DNA of 62,638 nucleotides, filler included, from Pirum gemmata (Eukaryota): NCBI GenBank assembly GCA_002812295.1. It is 17 parts of 17 records of this genome, joined end to end, with 100 filler letters (N's around TTAATTAATTAA, not from the genome) between each part and the next. Parts side by side here need not be neighbours in the genome. Positions count along the whole stretch, not along the records: positions 25,765 to 29,919 come from PDIN01002340.1; positions 30,020 to 33,588 come from PDIN01002341.1; positions 33,689 to 37,233 come from PDIN01002342.1; positions 37,334 to 40,903 come from PDIN01002343.1; 13 more parts are not named here. One strand, 5' to 3'. Shown piece by piece: positions 27,682 to 39,952 of this stretch (position 1 is its first letter; each line of letters starts with the position of its first letter). The notes under the pieces were generated by a model. It saw only the letters and a program-made list of their open reading frames with translations, ran no database searches and was not told where the DNA came from. The position numbers and the translations under genes were made by a program.

Positions 27682-28001
27682 GACAACCACCACCACAACC
27701 ACAACCACATGAACAACAACAACAACAACAACATCTACTATTAAAACAAAAGACTGAAAATGAAGAAAAAAGTTACACGGCTGTATTTTCCCCTTTTGAC
27801 GAAGCCCATACAAAACTTAAATTGGAATCAAAAACAATTACAACAACTACAACTAAAAAATTTGTATTCAGAACGTTTTTTTGTGAATTTGATAATTGTA
27901 CCAGAGCTTATTCAACTGCACACTCTCGTCGTCAACATTATCGACGTCATCATAAAGAAGAATTACTATTGAAAAGAATCGGACAATCAAAATCTTTATA
28001 G
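26106..28001 (+). CDS. Intronless N/Q/P-rich transcription factor with a single C-terminal C2H2 finger and an N-terminal eh1-like motif
   Basis: 631-aa ORF; finger FFCEFDNCTRAYSTAHSRRQHYRRHH; FSIENII at aa 14-20. Confidence 0.85.
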
Positions 28002-29654
28002 TGGTAGACCAATAATGTTAATTTACAGTATGTTATTTTATGTATTTAATCTTTAAAAAAATAATATTATATATATTATATTATGTATAATATTACATAA
28101 CAAATTTAATTTCAAGAGTCTTCAAGTTCATTGTACACATAAATTATTAATAAACAATAACCAATTAATACATAATCGATGGTTACTAGGTTAGGGTTAG
28201 GGTTGGACTTTAGGTTAGGATTGGGGTTTAGGTTAGAATTGGAGTTTGTGGATTAGGGTTAGTGGGTCAGGTTCATATATATATATATAACTATATAACT
28301 ATATATATATATATGTGTGTGTGTGATATTTTATATATTTAGACTATAAGAAAAACAAAAATGGAAAAACCAAGACTTTATATAGTACTGTAGAATCTTT
28401 AATGGAACCTGAGGCGTCAAGGTTAGGGTTAGAATTAGGGTTAGGGTTAGGGTTAAGAAAAAGAGGATTGTGTGACGTATGGTGGTTTATGTAAATTCTA
28501 TGGGTTTACTTTAAAACTGTCTTTGTTCTGCTGATTTTAATTAGTAATTGGTACACACAAATATAGCATATGTTAACGTTGTTTTTGTGTCTTATATTAT
28601 ATAGTATATTATATATTTCCAATTAATACGAATGTATATAATTAATACATAATGTAGTAATGTTTATGTGTGGTTTATTTAACTATTGTCAGGAACATGT
28701 ACCTTTACTGATACCTTTACCAATACCATTGTTATTCGGGTTAATCTGAAGATGGTCATGACATATGATTGTGGTAAATGAAAAAAAAAAAAGAAAGTTG
28801 TAATAATACTCAAACCCTTAACCTAACCCTTAACCTAACCCTTAACCTAACCCTTAACCTAACCCTTAACCTAACCCTTAACCTAACCTTTAACGTAACC
28901 CTTAACCTAACCCTTAACCTAACCCTTAATCTAACCCTTAACCTAACCCTTAATCTAATAGATTCAGAGTCAGGGTTAGGATTAGGGTATGTTGTCGGCA
29001 AAAACATGTGAGAGGGCAGATCTTTTATTACTTAAAAAAAATCGCATGGTTCCGAGTTACAATTATTATTATTATTATTATTATTATTTAATGGTTGACT
29101 ATTGATTATTTGCTTTAGCATCTTGTACCGAATTGTATAAACTTAATGGGGAGATATTAGGACAACCTTTATTGATATAATAATAGTAATTTGAATAGTT
29201 AGGGTTAGGGATAGGGTTATGTTTAAGGTTTAGGGTTAGGGTTAGGGTTATGGTTAAGGTTAGGGTTAGGGTTAGGATTAGNNNNNNNNNGGTTAGGGTT
29301 AGGGTTAGGGTTAGGGTTAGGGTTAGGGTTAGGGTTAGGGTTAGGGTTAGGGTTAGGGTTAGGGTTAGGGTTTAGGTTTAGGTTTAGGTTTAGATTTAGG
29401 TTTAAGTTTAGGGTTAGGGTTAGGGTTAGGGTTGGCTTAGGGTTAGGTTTACTAAGGTCATGATCTGGGTTAGTAGAGTATCATTGTTGTTAGGAGGGTT
29501 TAAAGGGTTAGCAATTACAAGTAGCAAACTAAACAAACTTTAAAATCTTAATTAATATTTTTAAAGTAATAAAACATATTGCTGAACATATTAATATGTA
29601 TTTTTTTTATTTTAAAATTATAATATCATAATTGTTATACATAATGATATATAG

Positions 29655-29791
29655 TTCCCGCAAGTATGACTGAAAATGAAAGCAATACTTACATATCGGA
29701 AGGCGATACATCACTATCAAAATCAAAGGAATTGTGTAATTTTTCCAACCCAAATTTATCCTGTCAAAGTGCTCTCAATCGAGATGACCAG
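29655..29791 (+). CDS. Possible internal exon of an unknown gene (further candidate exons at ~28343-28420 and ~28693-28773)
   Basis: ATATAG acceptor, open frame PASMTENESNTYISEGDTSLSKSKELCNFSNPNLSCQSALNRDDQ, donor GTTAGA. Frames between the candidate exons were not reconciled. Confidence 0.35.
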
Positions 29792-30271
29792 GTTAGAGAT
29801 ATACTTGCCCGTAATTATAATACCGATCCTAACCCTAACCCTAACCCTAACCCTAACCCTAACCCTGACCCTAACCTTAACCCTAAACCCTAACCCTAAC
29901 CCTAACCCTAACCCTAACCNNNNNNNNNNNNNNNNNNNNNNNNNNNNNNNNNNNNNNNNNNNNTTAATTAATTAANNNNNNNNNNNNNNNNNNNNNNNNN
30001 NNNNNNNNNNNNNNNNNNNTATATATTATATATTATACTAATCCTCCCTCCTTTCAAGGTTCTTGTTTTTCATTCTATATATATTATAATATTGAATATG
30101 GCTAATATAAAATTGAAAGTGAACAATACCAAAGTGGTCAATACCAGAATGATATCACTTTGGTACTATTCACTTTTGCTTTGATCATATAGTCATATAT
30201 TGTCATATTCAATATTAAAATGATATAATATTATGAAATATATACATATATATAATATATGATACAGTTAG

Positions 30272-33200
30272 TTATCTGTTTGTTCTTTTTTGTATCCTGC
30301 TGAGTTGTTAATGTCAAAACTTAAATTTACAATAGGTATATTGTTGAGTTGTAAAAAACTCGAAGATTTGTTTGAAGAATCAGAGCAAGACGAATTCATA
30401 ACAAACAGAAATGATCTCACGAAACATATTAAAAAAATTAGCGAAATCAGAAACACACTACAGGAAGAAATTCAAGAAAACAAAACTAAGGTAAAATAAA
30501 TTTGTTGTTTTTAATTTTTGTAATTGTTTTGATTTTTGTTGAATTTGTTGTTGAAATTATTTCTTTCGTAACTGTTGTAATTGTTATAATGGTACGTAGT
30601 TGTTGTTGCATAAACAATCGTTTATGTAATGTTACTGCTAATAATAAAAACAGTAATTTTTGATATTTTAAAATTTTTCTTAATTTTTTTTTTATTTATT
30701 ACAACTATTATGTATTATTTCGTTTACAAGGGTTTACAAAACTTTAGAAGTAAAATAGTAATTATGTCAAGAGATTTGGGGTTAACACTGGAAAACTTAT
30801 TTTCTAATAATGATATCACTAAACAAAGTGACGCTGAGATATTACTTAAGACTGTGGAGGATCAACTAAGGGTACTTGACACAGAAGAAATATTTACTAA
30901 GAATAAACAGGTTAAAAGTGGTACTACCCTAGCATTTGATAACGGACTGCACTACGGTTTTAATATACATGGTACAAAATTTACTCAAGTTTCAAACCCA
31001 ATGATAAGTATAGAATCAGTATCCAAATACTCATCTAAGGAGTTTACGAATACTCAAGTTTTACAGTCGTCTAGTAGAGAGACACTAGGAAAGTGTCTTG
31101 CAAATAATGCTTTGACCGAAGAAAATGTAAAATTTAATGCTCGAGCCTTTGGTTATGAAGGAGGTTTTACTGGTGCCGCAGTAATAAGTGCTTCTTTAGA
31201 GTTGGATTTGGCTACGGCCGCAGAAAAAGAATCTTCGAAAAATGATGGTAAATTTTCATCGTTGGAGCGCATCGAGCAAATCGAAATAGAAAGATATCCA
31301 CATCTAAGTTTAGAATTGACGGAATATTCTTTAACAAAAGAGGTTATTACTTTGATCAAAGAAAAAAAATACTCAACTGTTATTAAAGATTACGGTGCTT
31401 TCTTTTCTACACGTACCACTTTAGGAGAAAAAACTCATTCGCGCGGAACAGCTTACTCAAAAAAAACCACGGGTAATACCAGTTTGTCGGAAGAGGCTAA
31501 GAAAGCTATGAACCTTGCAACTTCTGCTGATGGTGCATATTTTGGTTTATCTGGGGCTGGTACAGGGAACGTTGGTTACGGATACACGTCAAGTAACATT
31601 GCCGCTTATGGAAAAAATTTTCTACTTTCGAATAAAGATGCTGTCGTTCATATACACAAGGAGTACACTGGTCCCGTGGGTGATATGGGAATTTATTACC
31701 GAGATTTTATTTTTGGCATGAATGAAAAATTACTAAGAATTATAACTAGAAATCATGTGTCAGTTTGGGATGAGATAGATGACCCTGGCTACTTAAAGTC
31801 GTTTTCCAGAGAAGAAATTAGCGGTAAGGATCATCAGACTCTTATATGTATTTATGTATATAATGCTTCCAACTGTTATTTTCATTTAATCAACACTTAG
31901 TCATTCACTTACCTATTTTAACTAAATTAAATTTAATTATTTTATAATGTATATATATATATATATAGAACACAGGAAAGGTTTACTGAAAGCGTATCTA
32001 GAACTCAACTTTAAGAATTTTTTGCCCAGAAACTTCGATGAAGAATTTGAACTTGATAGATACCAAAGTTATGATCTTAAAGCACAAATCGAGAACTTTT
32101 ACAAACTGGAATTAATGAAACTAGTAGAAACACAAGCTGTTAGGTTTGGGCAAAGCTATCTTAGACTAACATACAATTTTATGTCTTTTCTGAAACAAAG
32201 AATGAAAAGATACTTGCTCAAGAATGAAAACAGAATGGAAATACGTTTTGATTATTCCATAGCTTTTACCCTTAGAAATGTCAAGGAGATTTATTTTAAT
32301 ACTCATTCTGACTTACTTATAAATGGCAGAATTAAGCAGGAAAAGGTAGAGGAAGTTGTGCTTAAAGTAGTTCTTCCTAAATTTATAAAAGAAGGTTTAT
32401 TATTATTTTTGTATATAAATAGACGTTAATTGTATAAATATACATTATCAATGTTTTTGTTTAGTGCTGTTTTGATTTTAATTTGTTATTTTAAACCTAA
32501 CAACATTTTGATCTTACCATTCTCTAGCTATCCCTAAATCATTAATTTTCGATTTTTAACTTTTTAATTAATATATATATATATAGCTTCAAAAATGTTT
32601 TTTCTTAAAGAAAATGAATTCTGTATAGATATTGATAAGGTTGGTGTGCATTTACAACCATGTAATAATATATCTGAGCAATCTTGGTCTTATGATGCTA
32701 AAAATCGACAAATTAAGTACAACGGTTTATGTTTACAACTCAGCAAGGAGTCGGTATTAATGGAAAAGTGTGATCTTAAAAATGGCAACCAGCAGTGGGT
32801 AAAGGACTCTGACAAGATAAAGTCATATAATAACGAACTTTGCTTATTCTCCGAAGAAATCAAAATAGGATCACCAGTACTAGCGAAGCAGTGTCATAAC
32901 GTTGGTGTGTTGTCTGCCCTTCTTCCTGGTATGAAAGTTAAAACATCACTCCTCTCCTTTGTAAATATATATATATATATATACCTAATAATATACGTAT
33001 CTTTTTTTATTATTACTATTTGTTATATTCTAATTACAACACAATATTCTAATTACAACACAAAACAATAGGACGAATATCGTTATCTCGTAAAGACGAC
33101 GTGGTTCCTTTTGCTGATGAAAAAAAGTTATTGCCACCAGGACAATTCTGTGATGAGAATATGGTTGTGGTAGGGCTACAGTGTTCAGAATATTATTGTG

Positions 33201-33542
33201 ATAATATAGCTGTAGTTTGTTCGACTATAGGTCACACATGGGATCATACTACGTGTTATGACGGGGATACCGTCAAAGAAAATCACGGTAAAATGGTAAT
33301 TTCACGTCCACTTTTTAATTTTCAGAACTGTTTTTTTTTTTTAATTTTAAATCAAAATATTACGTATACTAATTACTGTTAATTTTCTTTTTTTTTGTGT
33401 TATGTGCCTGTTTCTATTATTTAAAAGGGTGCATTCTCGCTTTCGAAAGGTAAGAATTTTTTCCTTGTTGGGTTTAAATGTCATGCTAATGCCAAAAGTT
33501 GCAACATGGTAACGCCTCGCTATTGTCAAATCAAGGAATTAG
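30272..33542 (+). CDS. Multidomain protein: coiled coil - MACPF-like domain - helical linker - ricin B lectin - Cys-rich repeats (both ends missing)
   Basis: Six GT-AG exons splice in frame: 30272-30490, 30731-31823, 31969-32394, 32587-32928, 33072-33295, 33428-33542. MACPF-like YGAFF-x6-GE; ricin QxW repeats (EQSW, NQQW) with paired Cys; two VG.xC....C......C repeats. Confidence 0.75.
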
Positions 33543-33937
33543 GTACCTGTTCTACTTCCCTATGACCAACTCTAACTCAACCCTGAAANNNNNNNNNNNN
33601 NNNNNNNNNNNNNNNNNNNNNNNNNNNNNNNNTTAATTAATTAANNNNNNNNNNNNNNNNNNNNNNNNNNNNNNNNNNNNNNNNNNNNTAATAATAATAA
33701 TAATAATAAATAAAATTCTTAAAATAACTACTACTAATAATAATAAAGATAAAAAACAATAATATACATATTAATTATAATAACAATAATAAAATAAAAT
33801 AATAAGAATAAGAATAAGAATAAGAATAATATTGTTATTTTTTTTTTCATTTAATTTTATTTCAAAGAATTTGAAAAACTAAAAATTAAGAATTTTTTTT
33901 CAAAACAGAAATGTAAAATAACACAAGTAAACAAAAA

Positions 33938-35491
33938 TTAAAAGAATACACAAAATAATACAGTTACTGCAGATATACCAGATAAAGTAGATAAAGAATT
34001 ACCACTACCACTACCACTACCACCTGCAGGACGAGCAGTTGGTGGAGGCACTGTCTGAGCTTCAAGATTATCCAAAACATTTTTGGAAGCAGCACTGACA
34101 ACACCAAGGATTTTTCCTTCTTTTTGTAAATCAGCAGCTTTGGTAACTTCTGTGTCTTTAGCACGTCTGTCTAAGTTAGTTTCTTCGTTAGTATTATCTG
34201 TCACGAACGACCAATAAGTTTGAACTCTTTGAGCGTACGCTGGAAGTGGTTTTCCAGATTCGATTGGTGGTAAAACTGTCTCGGCAGTCTCTTTTAATAT
34301 CTTTTTGTACATATCAGTGTAAGTGCTATCTTGTAATAAAAGCTTTAACACTGGCTCTGGACCATCTTTGCGAGCAGTTGATTTGTCTTTGTCGTCAAAT
34401 AAGGTGTAAAACTTTTCTTTTGGAATGTTATGTTGGAAACCCCCTTTAAAGTTCTTCAAAAGCAATTTCCATTTATTTCCATCATTAACATCAATGTACC
34501 AATCATAATCATCTTTGTTTGAACCAAAATAACCATCTTCAATACCAGTGTAGTAAGATAAAACTTGCGCCCTAGCAAAGGTGTCGTAACTAATATTTTT
34601 TCTTAACTTTGCTTTGTCATCGTCAGAAATGCTAGCTTTTTTGTGCATTTCTTTGATCATATTAGAAAACGCTAGTAAATCCTTAAAATATTCTCCTTTA
34701 GGAACTAATTCATCATTTCCATGTTCTTGTTCAAAAGCCACTTGTTTTTTTTGCAATTTTGGATCGTATACAAAATCAAGTAAATTACCATCTTTAGCAG
34801 AATATAAAGAACCCCAATCTGCTTTTCCTCCAACAGTTTTTTCACCATAAGCTCTTATTAAAAATTTTTCTCTCATTCTTTGTCTGACTACATAAAGACC
34901 CAATTTTTCTTGTGCTCCTCCAGCTTTAGTTTGATAAACAGCAGCATAATTTACTTTACGCGGCATGTAACCGATAGCTTCGGCAATATCGGCGGCCAAT
35001 TTTTCAGCACACAAGGTGGTAAAATCTTGATTGTGGTTCGGGTCTTTTTGAGCTTTCACACTTTCACTGTTTGATTTGTGAATGCTAAAACGATCCCAAC
35101 CATTTGCAAAACCGGTCGGTCCTCTTACTGGAGGACCAGTACTCGTTGCTGCTTGTTTAAAAGCATTATCTCTAAAGTAAAAATCATGTTTGTTAGTTTT
35201 TGAATCTCTCTTAACACCACAGCCAGTTACCGAGGCTCCATATTTTGCGTTGTCAAGGGAGGTGATAGTGACAGAAGACCCAATATACTCTTTATTTGCC
35301 CCTGGTTCTCCAGTAAATTCAATTTTTATAATTTCTGAATCATCAAACCATGGTTTAGTTTCATCTTTCCATGTAGGGGTGCCGTTTAGCTTGGGAAGTG
35401 CAGGTAGAGTCCCAGGTATTTTTTTAGGATATTGTGCCTGTGTCGAAGCGACACCAACCAAAGTAACAGCAGAAAGGGTATAGAATTTCAT
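33938..35491 (-). CDS. Intronless CotH-family secreted protein with predicted GPI signal; catalytic motifs degenerate (517 aa from MKFYTL)
   Basis: Signal peptide MKFYTLSAVTLVGVASTQA; CotH-like AEKLAADIAEAIG..P.KVNYAAVY...LGLYVV..., GSLYSA, YDTFARAQVLSYYTGIEDGY...KWKLL; Ser/Gly linker and hydrophobic C-terminus. Confidence 0.8.
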   Translation of the reverse strand: MKFYTLSAVTLVGVASTQAQYPKKIPGTLPALPKLNGTPTWKDETKPWFDDSEIIKIEFTGEPGANKEYIGSSVTITSLDNAKYGASVTGCGVKRDSKTNKHDFYFRDNAFKQAATSTGPPVRGPTGFANGWDRFSIHKSNSESVKAQKDPNHNQDFTTLCAEKLAADIAEAIGYMPRKVNYAAVYQTKAGGAQEKLGLYVVRQRMREKFLIRAYGEKTVGGKADWGSLYSAKDGNLLDFVYDPKLQKKQVAFEQEHGNDELVPKGEYFKDLLAFSNMIKEMHKKASISDDDKAKLRKNISYDTFARAQVLSYYTGIEDGYFGSNKDDYDWYIDVNDGNKWKLLLKNFKGGFQHNIPKEKFYTLFDDKDKSTARKDGPEPVLKLLLQDSTYTDMYKKILKETAETVLPPIESGKPLPAYAQRVQTYWSFVTDNTNEETNLDRRAKDTEVTKAADLQKEGKILGVVSAASKNVLDNLEAQTVPPPTARPAGGSGSGSGNSLSTLSGISAVTVLFCVFF

Positions 35492-35615
35492 AATGTGTAT
35501 ATAAATTAGAAAGAAAGGCAAAAGTACTTTATTATATTTTTTAGTTACACATTTTTTTATTATTCTTTTCTTCACTTGTTTGCTTATTTATATGATTCGA
35601 TTATGATAGTTGTAT

Positions 35616-35682
<67 letters not shown>

Positions 35683-36756
35683 TTTTATATAACAGAGTAC
35701 TACTACCATCATTGGTTCATAAAAAAAAAAAAATGGTGTTTTGGTGTTTTACACCAATCAATTATTAGCTTGAACGGGGGAGTTTTGTTTGTTAAGTGCC
35801 AGCTTAGCTAGTGGGTGGGGGGTAGTATCAGTGTAGTATCTAGCTAGTAGGAGAGGTCTACGACTACACCTACTAGCTAGTATCGATAGCCTTAGAGCTA
35901 GCAGTAGACCTAGCTGGTGACCTACGAAGGCTACGATAGACATAAGGTCATAGGGTCTAGGAGAGCCTAGGTCATAGGGTCTGACTCATTGTATAATATA
36001 TTATAATAAATTATATAATTATAATATACTTAACGATAACAATTAACAATAGTAAATGATAAATAATTAGCATTCAAACCTAAAGGATAAATGATAAATG
36101 ATAAATAAATAAAATTTAAAATAGTATAATAAAAATAAATAATTTATAATAATGGATTGCTCATTGGTAACTGATCTAGTGAAAATAATTGATATAATAA
36201 GGTGACAAAGTTTTCAAAATTGGCATCAAAGTTTTGTTTCTTTTGTGACATTCTCATCTACTTTCCCTCCTTTGGAACAACAGAAATGAAGGGCTTCCTT
36301 TCATAGACTATATTATACCCTAACCCTAACCTTAGCCCTAAGCCAAAGCTTAAAGGGCTAAGCCGAAGCCGAAACTGAAGCCTAATTTATAAACCTAACC
36401 ACTTGTTTACAAACACTCCTTTATACAAACACTCCTTTGTACAAACCATACATTTTTTTTTTTTTTTTAAGTTGGAGTTTTATCGTGCTTTTCATTTATT
36501 TTGTCACTCTGAATATTTATTTGGAGGGTTATAATATTTAAAATGATACTTTTAAGTAAATAAATATATAATAAAATATACCAAATTAAATTAAATGGAT
36601 GTATATTGTATTAATTTGGTACTATTTATTGTATATTTTATGATGACAAAACAAATGAAAAGCACTATTATAATAATATTATAATAACATGTAGTCTAAA
36701 CTAAAAAAAAGTGAGACTTGCTCGATCGAAATTTTTGAACTTTTTTTCATCACTCA

Positions 36757-37020
36757 ATCTTTTAATTTGGTACTGTTTTTTAAAAGTGTATTTAAAAAAT
36801 TAAAAACTTGTTTATAAAATTTAACATTAAGTATAAAATAACTAATTTGGTATTAATAATATTTAAGTTATTTATAAAATTTAACATTAAGTATAAAATA
36901 ACTAATTTGGTAATATTTAAGTTATTTATAAAATTTAACATTAAGTATAAAATACCAAATTAATTTTAAAAAACATGTTCGATAGTTTAACCATAATAAT
37001 AATTTGGTACGTTTATTTCA
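36757..37020 (+). repeat. Dispersed repeat family D (with internal ~57-bp triplication); copies at ~47107-47240 and 2516-2583(-)
   Basis: Shared AATCTTTAATTTGGTAC..ACATTAAGTATAAAATACCAA..TAACCATAATAATAATTTGGTA. Confidence 0.7.
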
Positions 37021-37732
37021 GATTTTGAAGAATCTGAACATAGAATTGAATCTAGAAGGGTATTTTTGTCAAATAAGGCATCTAGAATGGTATTTAAAAA
37101 CTCTTTAATCGACATCTGGATACATTTTTTTTTTAGGCAAAATAAATTAAATATATATTATGGTGGACGCAACTTATACATAACAGTATCTCAAATTGTT
37201 TCAAATTTTTTGTAAGTCCGAAAAAATCCTGTTNNNNNNNNNNNNNNNNNNNNNNNNNNNNNNNNNNNNNNNNNNNNTTAATTAATTAANNNNNNNNNNN
37301 NNNNNNNNNNNNNNNNNNNNNNNNNNNNNNNNNTATATAATTATTGCCATCGTCAATACATAATATTATTATTATTATTATTATTAGTAGTAGTAGTAGT
37401 AATAGTACCATATTATTATTATTATTATTATTAATTATTATAAATTATTACTAATATTATTATTATTGTATTAGTAGTAGAAGCAGTAGTAGTAATAGTA
37501 TTAATACCATTATTATTATTATTATATATCATTATTATTATCATATTCATAAGCATAACAGTAGTAGTAGTACCATTATTGTTATTTTTATTATTATTCT
37601 CATTATTACTATCATTTTTATATTATTAACTCTGTCTTCTTCTCTTCATTATACTTACAATTATTTAAATATTGTTATAATTTTTATCATTTTGATTTTT
37701 AATAAAAGTAAACACAAACCAAAGAAATAACA

Positions 37733-39952
37733 ATGTCTAGTTTAAAGGAGGTTCTCCAAGGAAAAAGCATACTAATAACAGGTTTCAATTTAACAGTTGG
37801 TACCAACTGGGTCAGGGTTAGAGTTAGGGTTAGGATTAGGGCTAAGGTTAGGGCTAAGGTTAAGGTAAACACAAACCAAAGAAATAACAATGTCCAGTTT
37901 AAAGGAGATTCTCCAAGGAAAAAGCATACTAATGACAGGTTTCAATCTAACAGTTGGTACCAACTGAGTTAGGGTTAGGGTTAGGGTTAGGATTAGGGTT
38001 AGGATTAAGGTTAGGGTTAGGATTAAGGTTAGGGTTAGGGTTAGGGCTAAGGTTAGGGTTAAGGTTAGGGTTAAGGTTAAGGTTTTAAGGTTAGGGTTAA
38101 GGTTAAGGTTTTAAGGTTAAGGTTTTAAGGTTAAGGTTTTAAGGTTAGGGTTAAGGTTAGGGTTAAGGTTAGGGTTAAGGTTTTAAGGTTAGGGTTAAGG
38201 TTAGGGTTAAGGTTAGGGTTAAGGTTAGGGTTAGGGTTAGGGTTAGGGTTAGGGTTAGGGTTAGGGTTATTATTATTATTATTATTATATATTATTACTC
38301 TAACTTTTTTATTTTTTTCTAGGAGTTACTGGATTTTTGGGTAGTTTTGTGTTAGCCAAAATTTTAAGGGAATTAGAGGAAAGTGTTAATTCTGTTTTTA
38401 TTTTAATTCGTCCGAAAAAAAACGTTGAAGTTCAAGAAAGGTGTTTGATAAACATTATTAAGTTGTTGTTGTTGCTGTTAAACATATTGCTGTTGTGTTT
38501 ATTATTATTATTGTTGTTGTTTTATTGTTATTGTTTGTTGTGGTGATGGTAATTTCATTTAAATTATTGTTGGTTTTGTTGTTGTTCGAATTCGTTTTGT
38601 TGTTTGTTGGTTTTATATTGGTAGTAGGGAGTTGCGGGTAAACATAATCGAATCAAACAGCTCTATTCTAATTATTTAATAGTGACAATTTTGAAATGAT
38701 ATTCTTTCGAAGATTTCGAACTAGCCTCGATTCGATGGTTTTTCCTGCATCTCCTAGTAATAGTAGTAGTAGTAGTATTTATAGTAGTAGTATTATAATA
38801 TACTTAAAACATTATACTTAAAAAATATATTTGTTTGTAAAAAAGATTTCAGAAAGTCATTAAGGAGGACTTTGGTTTAGTTTTCAATGGGTGTGATACG
38901 AAAAAGGTGACTAACCCTAACCCTAACCCTATTCACTAACTACTAAACCTCTAATGTAACTCCTAACCCTAACCCAACCCTAACCCTGACCCTGATTATA
39001 CCCCTAACCCTAACCCTGATTATAACCCTAACCCTAATCACTAACCACTAAACCTCTAGCTAGCTTCTAACTCTAACTCCAACTCTAACCATAACTCTAA
39101 CCATAACTCGTACTTAAATTTTAACTCTAACCACTAAAACCCTAACCCTAATTTCCATATCTCGAACTTTAACTTTTACCCCAACCCCAACCCTAACCCT
39201 AACCCACCCCAACAGCCCCCAACTCTAACTTAACTCCCTAGCCCTAACCCTACATACAATCCTAATCCTAACGTTAATCCTAACTCTAACAGGTAAGTAT
39301 AATAGAAGCAAATTTGGATCATTTAGATGATATTTCTAAATCGGAAATTTTGAAAATGAAAAGTGTTGACGCAGTTATTCATTGCGCTGCATCTACAGAT
39401 TGGATGGCAGCGGAGGATGTAATGATTCACACTACCCCTAACCCCTAGCCACTAACCCTTAACCTTTAACCCCCTAACCCCAGCCTAAGCCCTAAGCCCT
39501 AAGCCCTAACCTAACCTAACCTAACCCCTGACCTAACCCCAGACTAAGCCCTAAGCCCTAAGCCCTAACCTAACCTAACCTAACCTAACCTAACCTAACA
39601 CCTAACCTAACCTAACCTAACCCCTACTCTAACCTTTAACCCTTAACCCCTAAACGCCAAACCGAACCCCTAACCTAACCTAACCCCTAACACCAAACCT
39701 AACCCCTAACCCCTAACCTAGCCCCACCTAACCTCTAACCTAGCCTAGCCTAGCAACCCCCAACCCCCAACCCCTAACCCCTAACCTCTAACCTCTAACC
39801 TCTAACCCATATATATATATTGAAGGATTTAATTAAAACAAATGTGATGGGTTCTTTGGATTTTTTCAATTGGTGTGATAAAAATTTGCCGTCTCTAAAA
39901 GCTTACGTCCATACTTCTACTGCATATTCTTGTCCTATTTTTAATAACAAAG
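37733..39952 (+). CDS. FAR: Fatty acyl-CoA reductase (extended SDR, NAD_binding_4), 5' half
   Basis: Exons 37733-37781 (or duplicate 37890-37938), 38323-38440, 38846-38906, 39293-39418 and 39826-39952 give GKSILIT|GVTGFLG...LIRPKK..R|F...VIHCAAS...KTNVMGS...AYVHTSTAY. Confidence 0.88.

Noticed and set aside
35492..35575. N-terminal extension of the CotH ORF in the ORF track
   Set aside because: Starts at a non-ATG codon; the ATG at 35491 directly precedes a signal peptide.
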